64,000 bases of DNA. Origin: Paramecium tetraurelia (lineage: Eukaryota). The stretch spans positions 310,001 to 374,000 of the forward strand of contig CT868552.1 of assembly GCA_000165425.1 (NCBI GenBank), in the 5' to 3' direction. This document shows positions 40,459-52,635 of this stretch, one piece after another. Positions within the stretch are counted from its first letter, which is position 1. The number at the start of each line of letters is the position of its first letter. The translations under genes were made by a program, and so were the position numbers. The notes under the pieces were generated by a model. It saw nothing but the letters and a program-made list of their open reading frames with translations. It was not told the origin of the DNA and did not search any database.

Positions 40459-41260
40459 ATGGGTGGAGAAGATTAGAACTACGGAAAAGTTGTAATTTGT
40501 CTTCATTTTATTTTAGGGAAGACCAAAAAAGAAGAAAGAAAATAATGAGGCAACTCAGGAGGTTGATAAAAGATAATGGTTCAATGTATATCGGGCATTG
40601 CAAATGCTGACTCTGATATGCGAGAAGGGAAGCTTGGCTTTGCGGTACAAGACTGGTTAAAAGAGTAATACGATGGAGGAGTCAACAAAGACGAAGAAGA
40701 GTGAGGAGACGAGAAAGTTGAAGGTACTGGATAATATTCTATTAATTTCAAGCAAAAACTTAAGGATTTGAAGAAACATTGCAATTACGAGGAGAGAAAA
40801 TTGTACCTCCTCATTGATAACAACACTGAAAACGTTTAAATTGAATTGCCCAATGCTGATAATGATGGAATTATTGAGGACATGGATAAAATCTACAAAT
40901 ATCTTGACAAGGAGTTTTAGGTGTCATTTCTTCTGATTTTGCAATCTTACCTGGAGTAACACGAATAGGATTCCTTGGTTTTGGCAAGGGAAATAGTTTA
41001 AAAAATGATGGAGTAGAAGGAACAACACAAGATGCTGTTGAACTTGGCTCTGATTAAGACCAACATTGAGGAAGACTTGGATTATGTGTTACAATTGGTA
41101 AGAGATGTAAATTAATATAAAGGCTAATACTACTTCTGGATTGCAGTTATAGCAACACGAGGTGAATGAGAAATGGGTTAGTGAGGAAAATAAAATAGTG
41201 GAGTGGCTGGTTGCATTCGTCGAGAAGATTATAGCAATATTCAAGACAGATCGGTAATGA
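40459..41260 (+). CDS. Hypothetical protein with N-terminal AT-hook-like GRPKK
   Basis: MGGEDQNYGKV/GRPKKKKE...EWLVAFVEKIIAIFKTDRQ* after removing three tiny introns. Confidence 0.65.
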
Positions 41261-41297
41261 AATTAACAATCCCTAATTATAATTATTTTGAATTTAT

Positions 41298-43532
41298 ATG
41301 ACAACCAATATTTAAGTCATTTGTCGTTTCAGACCATCCATTCCTGGGTAACTTGAAAGCTAGATTTATTTCGCTGACGACAAGAGTGTTCTGATTGAAA
41401 ATCAATAATTCAACTTCGATCATATCTTTCACCCTGGAAAATAACTTGAAGTATTTAAGGTTGCTGCAGAACCCGTAATCAAGGGTGTGTTGGAGGGATT
41501 CAACGGCACTGTAGTGGCTTATGGGTAAACGGGATCTGGGAAGACACACACAATGGAAGGCTCAATTGGTGAGGAACAGGGAATCATCAAAAGAATGGTT
41601 AATACAGTGTTTGATTTTATTGAGGCAAGTCCTGACTATATTGAGTACCGAATCAAAATTTCAGTTGCTGAATTGTATATGGAAAAAGTGAGAGATTTGT
41701 AGAACATCAAGAAGAGTGATTTAAAAATAAGGGAGGACAAGAATCATTCTACATATATCGATGGAGTAACTGAGACCTCCATTGCTGATTAATCTGAAAT
41801 CTACGAAATTCTGAAGATGTGCAATTCCAACAGGATGATTGCCAGTACTAATATGAACGAATAATCTTCTCGTTCCCATATGATATTTTTAATGTCAGTT
41901 TAATCAATTGATTAAAGAGATCAGTCGGCAAAAGTTGGTAAACTATTTTTGGTTGATTTGGCGGGAAGTGAGAAGGTATCTAAAACAGGAGCTGAAGGCA
42001 AAATCTTAGATGAAGCCAAAGGCATCAATAAATCATTATCTGCCTTGGGTCAAGTGATCAACGCATTGACCGACGGCAGTCAACATGTACCTTATAGAGA
42101 TTCTAAATTAACCAGGATTCTGCAATGTTCTTTTGGTGGCAACAGCAGAACCACACTCATTATCACTTGTTCTCCTGCTCAATTCAATTTATAGGAGACT
42201 CTGTCTACTTTGAGATTTGGGGTTCGTGCTAAAGCCATTAAGAACAAACCGAAAATCAATAAGGAACACACCATCGAAGAGCTCAAGATTATTGTTCAGG
42301 AGAAAGAGAAGGAGATCTTGTTATTGCAGGAACAATTGTCGTAATATAAGAAGGGGATGTTCATTAGCGATGAAGACAAGGAGATGATTAAGGAGATCTA
42401 AGAAGATATTCTCCTTGAATAACCAAATAATAGTGAACAATTATTCAATATGCAATAAATAATTACTAAATATGAATAAGAAATCGAAATTTATAAGTAG
42501 TAGGAGTTCACATTCGAACAAAGAGAATTGGAATTCCTGAATAAGATTAGATTAAAGGAGGACGAAATGCAAGAAAGTTTTAATATTATCCTAATCTATT
42601 ATTTTAGAGATGCAAGATTTTGAAACTCAGTTTGCTAAACAGGAAAGTGAATTTAAAATAAAATAAACTCATTTGTACAGACTCTTATCTTAAAAATTGG
42701 GATGGATGGGAGATGACTCTTATATAGATGACGAACAAATATTAGTTTTAATTGAGAATTATGCCAAAGAGAAGGTCACTTCTAAATTAAAATAAATCAC
42801 CTATTTGTATAAGAAGCATCATAAGGACATCTTGAATGAATAGATAATGACATACTTGACAGAGGACAAGAAGGAATTCAACATTCACAGTAAATTTAGT
42901 AATAAGAATAATAGATGATCAATTGGCTGAATTACATAGACAAGTGGCTTAATTGAAAAAGTAGAATCTAGAATTGCAAACAGATTCTAGCACTTAGTCA
43001 TAGTTGTTGGAAACATTAGAAAGCACTAAGTAATTATTGGATGCCGAAAAGGCTAGATGCTAAAAGTTAGAATATACTTTAAATAAAAGTAAATAACATT
43101 TTATTATGTGTTTCAGATAATAAAATTTACAATGAAAAATGCAAGGAGTTGAATAATAACATTGAAAAAATGCTATCAGGAGTGCATTAGGTGATTAATG
43201 AGAAATAGAAATATTATAGGGAATGTCAAAAATTGAAAAAGATTTGTGATGAAAAGAATCTAAAAATGCAGGTACTATTTTATAATTATTTCGTGTAGAA
43301 ATTATTGGAAGAAATTCATAGACTTAGTGTAGAAAATCAAAAGCTATTCGTTAAATATGATTAATTAAAGGAATTGTAAAAATTGGAGAAGAGTGCATAT
43401 CTTGACACTTCAGAAGTGAACTCATCTTTTCGATAAAATAAGAAAATTCACAAATGTCTAAAAGGAGGCACAAAAAATTAGATTACAGAATAAGTTATAA
43501 ATAAGGAAAACATATCTGATGAAGAATCATGA
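41298..43532 (+). CDS. Kinesin-1 (conventional heavy chain)-like motor
   Basis: [61 protein letters not shown]; coiled-coil stalk; tail IHKCLKGG resembles the IAK motif. Confidence 0.93.
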
Positions 43533-44627
43533 AACATTAAATTTATCACTCATTATATATTCAATTGCACTTAGAACATTTGAAAATTAGGCTGAATCTC
43601 TGCCTTAATTGTATGTCATTTCTGCACCCAAGAACTTCTCTATGAAGTTTAACTAAAACACCCATTTGTCAGATTAAATCTTGAAAATGCAGAAAGTCAA
43701 TATTCCTATTTAACTATTTTAAACCATAATAATACTTATCTAGTTCAAGTAGAATATTTTGGATTCCTTCTTTCTTGATGTCCTTTATCATGGATTACTC
43801 CAATTTGGAGAACAAATCAAATTTATCACAAGGATTCTCAATTATTAATATTTCCTATAATTGATTTATCGTATTGGGATAATCCGAATAGTATTGTTCA
43901 GGCACTCTTAATTCAGCCAATGAAATGTGTTTATAATTAAAGAGTTTCCGCTTGAATATCTATGTCTTGTCTAAACTATAAATTTCGAATGTGTCTACTA
44001 TGATCTTCTTAATGTTTTGATTCTAAAAGATCATTTTGATGAGCAATTGCTTAAACTTTTCTTTGTTTTAGACCTCGTAGATCAATCTGAGCATCTACTC
44101 CAAATACTCAATGAAGTATTTAATATCATTACACAGAGAGGAATAAACGAAATCTTTGGAGTGAATTAATTTGATCAAAAATTCCTTATCTTCTTGATTT
44201 TAAAATATCGAGTATTTGTTACTGAAGATTTCACTCCATATATTCATTAAGTCTTTGATGAGATGGTGATCTGCAATCTGCTTATAGATCAACTCCTCTT
44301 TGAGATTGTTTACCTAAGGAATCAAGAATTGTGCAGTTTGAGCTTTTTATAGAGAGAGGATTCCTTACTGTGATTAAGATAGACAGAAATAGCTAACTAT
44401 TGGGCGTACTTCTAAGGATCCATATTGAGTAAGAATTTCTTGAGGTCTTCCTTGTATGATTGCAGATGATCTTGATGAACTGCTTAATCTAAGACTTCAA
44501 TTGCGTTTTTGCGTATAATTTCAGGTTTATATTCCTTGAGACTTTGATTCTTGAGTTGTTTGCTCTTATTCAAACAATGTTCATTCCAAAGTTCTAGAAT
44601 AGATTTTTGCTTTTATTAATTACCCAT
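43527..44627 (-). CDS. VPS9-domain-like protein with N-terminal MGN
   Basis: YPNTINQLQEILIIENPCDKF...LELDNQIGILTFCIFK...FIEKF...FSNVLSAIEYI follows the VPS9 helical pattern. Two introns. Confidence 0.6.
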
Positions 44628-44646
44628 ATATTATATAAAAATAAAA

Positions 44647-45078
44647 TCATTTCTTTTTGGATCGTATATCTATCAAACTCTAAATCAATATCAAAAGAAT
44701 ACTTTATAATTTTGGATGTCCTTCTCTATTTCAATCAACTCATTTTTCAAATCCTGATTTTGTCTGATAAGATCAATCATGTTATGATAAGTTTGAATGG
44801 GAGTTTAGGTGTTGACAACCGCCTTTTGTGAACCTGGCTAATCCAATTTTTGAGGAATTTTATTTTTGACTTGTGTAGGTGGTTTTGGAATAGAAAGTTA
44901 CTTCTTGATCTTTTGGATCGCTTGTTGAGGCTGACTATCAACGGGAACACGATTCTGCAACAGAAACAACTGCTAATATGGACTCTGCATCTAGCAAAAG
45001 GTATTAAAAGAGATCTACTTGGGCAGGAGATTAAAACAGTGTAAACATCTTTTGAGCATGAGGGGTCTCGTAATTCAT
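44647..45078 (-). CDS. Small hypothetical protein with C-terminal coiled coil
   Basis: MNYETPHAQKMF...NMIDLIRQNQDLKNELIEIEKDIQNYK/SLIDIRSKKK*. Two introns. Confidence 0.65.
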
Positions 45079-45092
45079 ATTTTAATAATAAA

Positions 45093-45668
45093 TCAACTCT
45101 TTATTTCTGGTCTAACAACGGTTTCTGGCTTGAAATACTGTGTGGACAAATTGCATCCCAAAGATGCCAGCTATCCTATGATCATCCTACAGATGGCAGG
45201 GAGTGAGACATGCTTCAAGTGGGGATCCATTTCTTGTTTCACTTTGGCTAATTGAATACATAATCATGATATATAATACCTATTTCATAAACTTGTTACA
45301 AAGAGATCGTATCGTACCATATATAACCAGGGAAATTGGTGAATTTATCAGTGCCTAAGAGTAGGATTATTAGATTCAATCATACCAGTGGCCTTCCTCA
45401 GAAACCAGGTAGTTTCAGGTGGCTTGATCAGGAATTTGAATGTTCTATCTGGAAAGGCAATAACCTAAACTCTCAAGGGAACATCTGGTCTGAAGGCTTA
45501 ACTTGCAGCATTGAATTCCTTGCAAAATTGCATCATATTGATTCCCAAAGGACCCAAAGATTGACCCATCTTGGGACTTGGCTTAGCAACACCTGCATAG
45601 AGTCTAAGCATGATTTTGGCTCTGTAATCCTTAGGAAGGGTCTGCAATTTTTTCTTGATCAAATTCAT
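45093..45668 (-). CDS. MRPL11: Mitochondrial ribosomal protein L11 (uL11m)
   Basis: [29 protein letters not shown]...[22 protein letters not shown]...VYEIAKVK. Two introns. Confidence 0.92.
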
Positions 45669-45681
45669 TTTATTTATTAAT

Positions 45682-47173
45682 ATGTTTGGGAGTCAATTTG
45701 ATTACTTGAAACTCAAACCGAGAACAGTTGAAGAGATACACCATGAAGATGGTTATATGAAAGAAGGAATTGAAAGGACAGCCACAAGAAGAATCTTTCA
45801 ATCAGTCGAATATGATCATTTCGAGAAGAAATAAATTCAACAGTTCAAAGATATCATTAGAGGTGCAAATATAAGTGTGAGTTCTGACGATGTCCTATTA
45901 AGATTCCTTTATGCAGGATATTTCAATATGACTAATTGTCTAGAAGTATTTTAAATTCACTTACAATTAGCTATATAAACGACATATTCATTGGTTGAAC
46001 ACCAGTCGCTTATCTAACATACCAGAGAAAGTGCTCCTCTGTTTGAGAGAAGGGTTAGTTTATATAGGTGGCAAAGACTATCAATATCGTCCAATTATAG
46101 TTATCAATTTACACATGATGGATCTATATCTGTTCGATTCAGATGCCTTTATTCAAGCTCTTTCCATCCTATTTGTAATCTGCGAGGATTATATGTTCTA
46201 TCCAGGTAAAGTTGAAAATATTGTTGTTATTGTTGAAACGGATTAAATGAGTCTTTACAATTTCCCTTAAAAAACATTTCAAGTCATTATTTGGATGATG
46301 AGTTAAAACTTTCCACAGATCTTAGATCGTCTCTATCTATTTAATCCATCTAAAGAATTGCTTATGAATTGGGATAATTATCATTAAATGTTAGATAGTA
46401 GAACCTTCAAAAAAATTGAAATTTGGGAATCCAAATCCTTTGCTCCTCTCGCTCATGGCTTTCATCCTGATATGCTGGAACGCAGATTTGGAGGAGGTAT
46501 GCCCAATATACAGCAATATTGGTTGCCAACTCAAATCATTTAATAGCCCAGCAGCATTTCCTTTAAGGTTCAAAAACCAATGTATAACCAAGGAACTATT
46601 CAATACTCACTTTATAATGATCCTAAGGAATTATTAGAACGATTGCAACAAAGAGATGCAGAAGACAGATCATAGGAAGCCACTCTCAAAAGTGAACCCA
46701 AATCAAGTGTTGCTTCTGGAAAATTATAAGTCATCGATTTTCATTAAACTATGGGTAACGCCTTCAAAATGTAAAATTATGGATAAGAATAATAAGATCT
46801 CAGTTAAACTAATTTCTCTGGAGAATTTTATTAATAAACTAATTAAATTCAATAATCTCCTCAATAACAATTCATGAATCCAGGGTTTCAGGGATCTGCA
46901 TTACCAGAACAATAATTTAAGCAACATAGTAAAGCTAATTCTGTAGCCTCATCCTAAAGAATCAAAGACTAATATGTGGCTTAACAATTAATGGGCTCCT
47001 CCTAAAAACCAATGAGCGGCATTTAACAACAAACTATTAGACCAAATACTATGCCAGTTCCTTAACTGGGAGCCCCTGCTCAATCTGAAAGACTTTACGA
47101 ATCTATGGATGAAAAATTAAATGATTCCCAGAGACCTTCTAGTAACAATGTTTAAGCATGTCTAATAATGTGA
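45682..47173 (+). CDS. CRAL-TRIO/Sec14 lipid-binding protein with C-terminal CaaX
   Basis: [47 protein letters not shown]-rich tail ending CLIM*. Confidence 0.85.
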
Positions 47174-47346
47174 CGATTATTAATTCATTATATTTATATT
47201 CTTATCTAAATATCCTTACGCTGTATTTCTATATTCAAATAATTATATATAGTTCTCTTTTGATTATAAAATATTACTATATGTTAGGATTAAATTCTAA
47301 AACATTAAAGATAGCAAATATGATGATCACATATATAATACTGAAA

Positions 47347-47571
47347 TCATTTTCTATCTCCAACATTTTAATCTTTCTCGTCACCGCTAGAATCGAATTC
47401 CTCTACATTCTCTAAATCTGAGGGATTTTCCTATTCTGACCAATCTTCAGAATCACTAAACTCTTATAAACCCTGCATTCCAGGAATTTAACTTAGAGGA
47501 TGAATTCTCAAAAATGTACATCTCCAAGCTGCATTATAATGAAGGTTTCTAATAATATTCACAAATTTCAT
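47347..47571 (-). CDS. Small acidic hypothetical protein (74 aa)
   Basis: MKFVNIIRNLHYNAAWR...FSDSEDWSEQENPSDLENVEEFDSSGDEKD...*; exon structure uncertain. Confidence 0.4.
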
Positions 47572-48922
47572 TTATTAATATATATTTAATTAATAGTGCA
47601 ACAATGATAAAATATGAATACTAATCAATCATATCAAATTACATGAAATAATATGTTTATAACCATAAAAAACATCTAGTTATTATATTTAGAAGATATT
47701 ATAATGTATTTATATTTCATTCTTTCCTTTTTGAGAAATTTGCTTTTTAAATCAAATGGAGAGTTAAATATTCATCGGTTAGCTGGAAGCTCTATAAATT
47801 TAACAAAAAAAATAATATAAAATGGTATTTTCTTATTATCCAAGGTTATTCGTTTATCTAAATTCTAAATAAATAATATTAAGCAAAATATTATCAAAAA
47901 TTTATCTTTTCTACTTATGTTATTCTAAAAATTTAAATTACTACATAATTTCAAATTATAACCTTTCTAAAGTAACTCGTACCTAAGCATAGAATAAATT
48001 ATCAATCTATTCTTAAGAATAAGACAAAATCGGAAATTTATAATTGGGAAAAAAGTAAATAATGTTAAAAATTTAGGGAGAATATTCATACACTTAGTAA
48101 TGATAAGATGGCTTCAACTAAATAGACTTAAAATATCAAAATTACAAGGTAGAACTCTAAAAATTAAAACAAATGAAGTTGATATTAAATGGATTTAAAA
48201 TTGACCATGATCTTATTTTTATAGACTTATAGGAGAAGATCTTGCACTGAAGATAAATTCATTAATCTCATTCTTGAATTAAAAAAATTAATTTCCATGC
48301 TTAATGTGATTAAATAATAGAAATTAATGGATAAGGATATTAAGATAAAAAAAATTTCATAATAAAAACGATTTTCGTTTTACAAAAGCTAAGTTTTTGA
48401 AATTTAGAATTCATTTATCTCTCTCATCTAATTTAATAGACAATAGGATAATAAATAATTATATTTTTCATTTAATTTGTACATTTAATATGAACTTTCA
48501 TAATTATGAATTAGTACTAATATAATCATTTTGTCAATAAATATCATTTCAAATTCTTTCTATCAATCTATTCGCTATATAACTCCATTCTTAAGAAACC
48601 AATAAATTAAGCACTTGACCGAAAGAATAAATGGTTTTTGTCGCCTTTTCCGCAATATTTGATGTAATTGGAAAAGCTAATTTACAGTTTTGCAATTTCA
48701 AATAAATTCTTTTTAATAGTATTATATTCAACATAGTTATAAAATCATAAAATCTGAATATGTTTTTTCAAGAATCAAGAAATATATTATTGCTAGTAAA
48801 CAGCGGTCAAAATATACTGACTAGTAAATTAGGAAGGGTGTATTTCTTTTGAAATTAGTACTTAAGATTATTTAGTTAAAATAATGATATTTAAGTTTAA
48901 AAAATTCATTTATCAGGTCTTG

Positions 48923-49312
48923 TCATTTTTGTTTATAGTTCTTTTAGTGCGGTGGAACATTTTTAGCAATATCATTCATTTCTTTTTAGAATTTGGAAAA
49001 AACATTATTTTTGATTCCTTACTGAGAAGGTAGTGCCTAAAAGGTAACAAAATTAGAGAATTATTATTCAGAAGGAAGAGTTTGGAAAGAAAATTATTAT
49101 CCTGTTGATAGCTGAGAACTTTTTTAGTTTTCTTTAAACACTCCAAACTATGGTTATTTTTATGGTTAATAGTCTTCATCAGAATCCGATAGAGAAATCA
49201 TTTATTGTGGAGCATCAAATAGTGAGCCTAATTTTGATTGTTAAGGAGGAGTAGTATCAACTTCTAATGTTTCTATTCTCTCTACGCGTTTACAACATTA
49301 TCCATTTCCCAT
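48923..49312 (-). CDS. Small protein with N-terminal myristoylation/palmitoylation-type motif
   Basis: 390-nt frame MGNGQCCKRVERIETLEV...KNYKQK*. Confidence 0.7.
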
Positions 49313-49662
49313 TTATTTAATATAATTTAATAAATAGCCAAAATATCATTGTCATCCTTAGAAAATATTGGAATACAGACTAAATACGCATTAATAATTA
49401 TAAAAGCAGACTGGGAATAATATATGAGTGAGCAAGAAAAGAAAAATCAAAATTTTAATTCAAATTTTTGATTGATTTGCAAGCTTCTAATTATTGAATT
49501 GTATGAAGAATGCTCGGAAAAGTAAAGGACATTGTTTTTGCTACAGTTTAGAATTAAGATAATTTGGATGATAATTTACAATAATAGAATTAGACAATAA
49601 TTCCAAAAACTTCTTAAGAATTTAATTTATTAAATGATATAGAAATTTAAGAACTGAAAGGA

Positions 49663-50734
49663 TCATTCTAAATATTTTTCTAAATCTGAAAGGTCCCTTG
49701 ATTATTATTAATATGATTTTAATACACTTTTTCTTTCTAATTATTTCACATATTCTTTTAGATTGTCTTCTTACTCTTATTATTACATTCTATAGCTGTT
49801 TAGGGATTGTTGGGCTTCCTAAAAATACTTTGAGCACTTTTTAGCATAATCGACATTTAATGGTGAGTCTAATTGTAATAGGTTGATAAAATTGGAGATT
49901 TTGTCTAGTGTTTCAATTTGTCTGGTTGTATTGTGATTTCCATCACATAACTCAATTCTCTTATAGGATTTACAGTTTTCGTAGAGTATTTGTGAATGTC
50001 TTGGATGAACCAGTTGATCAGTTTTCCCAGCAAGGAAGTAGAATCGTTTTTTATTACTCTAGATGCCAATACAGTTAAGTGGAGAGACTTGATCAATGTC
50101 AAATTAAGCCTCATTGATTATCTTGCTTCTAAGAAATGGCATAAAACCGTTGATCATAAATGAGAAGCATCCAAATTTTTGTTAACCCAACTCCTCAATA
50201 ACAGTTCTTAATTAAGTGAATGCACTATCAGCAATGTAGGTGGTAATTCTGGGATCTTGGGACAACATGAGTGCTGTGACAGCTCCCATGCTTCTCCCCC
50301 ATAAAATAAACTCGTCCACTTTACCAAACCGACACTCTATGTAGTTCATGAGTTCTTTAACATCTACACTTTCATAGGTTCCCATGGTAATGTATTTTCC
50401 ATCTGACAAACCACACCCAGCAAAATCAAAAATGCATAGATTGACTCCAGCAGCTAACAATCTATCCACATATTGCAATCCCTCTAATCTACAACTAGCA
50501 TTGCAGTGGAGATATATCAAACAACGATGATGAACAGATTCCTATACAAAGTAACTGGCTTGAAGTTTTAGTTATCTTGAGGTAAATTCAAAATCTTCTC
50601 TGATTATTGGAACATTTTTTATGAAACGCATTTTGGGGCCTGTTAGAAGTGAAATCAATACCTAGAAGTTGGGTTGAGTAAGTTCTTCTGGGAGGTCTTA
50701 TTATCTATTTACAATAATCATTTATGAACGACAT
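49663..50734 (-). CDS. Alpha/beta hydrolase (IIRPPR-type, ABHD-like)
   Basis: IIRPPR, IYLHCNASCRLEG, DFAGCGLSDG, nucleophile GRSMG, GKTDQLV, GNHN (Ser-Asp-His triad present). Confidence 0.9.
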
Positions 50735-50742
50735 TAATATTA

Positions 50743-52628
50743 ATGCATTAAATTGTTGTTAAAGCACTTATTCGAGAATTCCTCATCAAGTCAGGACTCA
50801 CTGAGACCTTAAACACCTTTGACCAAGAGTACAAAGACAAGACTACCATAACTAGGATGGATGTTATTTTGTAGCTTGGACTTTCAATAATAGTAAAACG
50901 AAACAACGAATCATTGAAACCTCTAAAGAGTTTAATAGAAATCCTGGTTTCTCATCTTCTCACTAAGAAAGCATATTTGGAAGCTTAAACAATAGCATCA
51001 AAAGCTGAGAGGATTGAGGATATACCTTAAGATGTCCCATATGATCCTAGTGTTGGTGCATCTCGCATGAATAAAATGAAGAAAAGACCCTAATCAGAAT
51101 ACAAACCCAAAAACTTGGATTTATCAAAAGAAGAGGAAGTTGTCATTGAATAGAAAGAGGACAAGAAGGATGAGACATTCTCATCAAATAAAGGAGCATT
51201 CGAAGCACCAAGAAAACCGTCAACAAAGCAAGTCAGATTGTTTGATGGTTAAGATGACAAAGTGGATGATCAATCTAAATAAGAAAACAAAGAAATCCCT
51301 TCGTTACTAATATCTCAACCGCCCAGATTGATCAATATGAAAAAATAATCAGAAAAGAAAGAAGCTGATCAAGTAATGCTCAGAGATTTACAGGATAATA
51401 ATTAAGAGGATCCATCTCTGAACATTAAAGTCGAGTATTAGAAGTGCAATATTAAACAACATAATGTGCAACTTCCATTTTCAAATCTTAATTATGAGAA
51501 AACAATAGGATTTAATTAAGGGAAAAGAAAACCTCAACAAAAATCAATTACACAACCTATTAAGAAACTACTGTTCTAAGGCACCATGACTGGACTACCA
51601 AAAAGTTGGTCATAGCCATTTATATTTAAAGATGAACCTACTTTCTTCGGATTACATTAGTTAGAAGGTGGCCCATGTGGTGTTTTAGCCTCAGTCTAAG
51701 CCTATTATCTTAAACATTTTCTATTTTCTTAATCCAGCTATTCCAAGTCTTCTATTAAATAAAATTGTTTACTTGCTGCTTTATCTGATATATTTTATAA
51801 AGCTAATAAAGAGAGACTTATAATAGCTATCCCAGCAAGGGATTCCTCCATGAGTCAAGCAATAGGAACTGAAAGTTGTGATCAATTAGAATATTAAATC
51901 AAATCTCTTAGTTATTTGTATGAAGTATTGTTGGAACATGCATCTCTGTTTTTTGGTCAAAATGGAGTCACTTTGTTCTTCTATTCCCTTATTTTAACAA
52001 AAGGTGTAGAATAAATTATGTAGGAAATGGATTCAGCCGTAAATCCTTTGATTGGTAATCATGGTCATTGTACTCAAGAAGCTGTTAATCTGATGTTGAC
52101 TGGATAGGCTATTAGTAATTGTTTTGATGGGTAATAATTATGATTTAATTTATAGATGCAAATAAATAGATGACATGAAAATAAAGGGAATTGAGGAAAG
52201 AAGCGAAATTGGATTCTTGACTATCTTTGAACACTTTTAATATCTTGAAGTGGGTAAGAATCTGAAAGAGCCCTTACTTCCCATTTGGGTGATTTGCAAA
52301 GAATATCATTATTCAGTCATTTTTGGTTGCAATAATGATGTAATTTAAGACAAGCCTTATTTAAGTATGGAGTAATATATATATTGTAGAAAACAATTTA
52401 AAAGAGTTTGATCTCGTTTTCTATGATGGATTGAATAACCCCGATGATCTCATCATCATCACAATAAGAAGATTGGGTGCTTAGTTAGGAAAATAGAAAA
52501 AGAAGATTCAAATAGAGGGAGTTCAATTTGATTCAAGTGATAAAGTGACACCCTTGATCGAGTGTTTACTTAAAACGAAATATGGAGAATTAGAATTAGA
52601 TTGGAATGATAGTATGCCAATATTATGA
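50743..52628 (+). CDS. MINDY4: MINDY-3/4 family deubiquitinase (MINDY4/FAM188B-like)
   Basis: N-terminal LIREFLIKSGLTETLNTFDQE; catalytic GLHQLEGGPCGVLASVQA; LIGNHGHCTQEAVNLMLTG; PIWVICKEYHYSVIF; YDGL. Confidence 0.9.
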
Positions 52629-52635
52629 AAAAACT

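Noticed and set aside
45019..45680. Plus-strand track ORFs 45019-45255 and 45336-45680
   Set aside because: Antisense to MRPL11.
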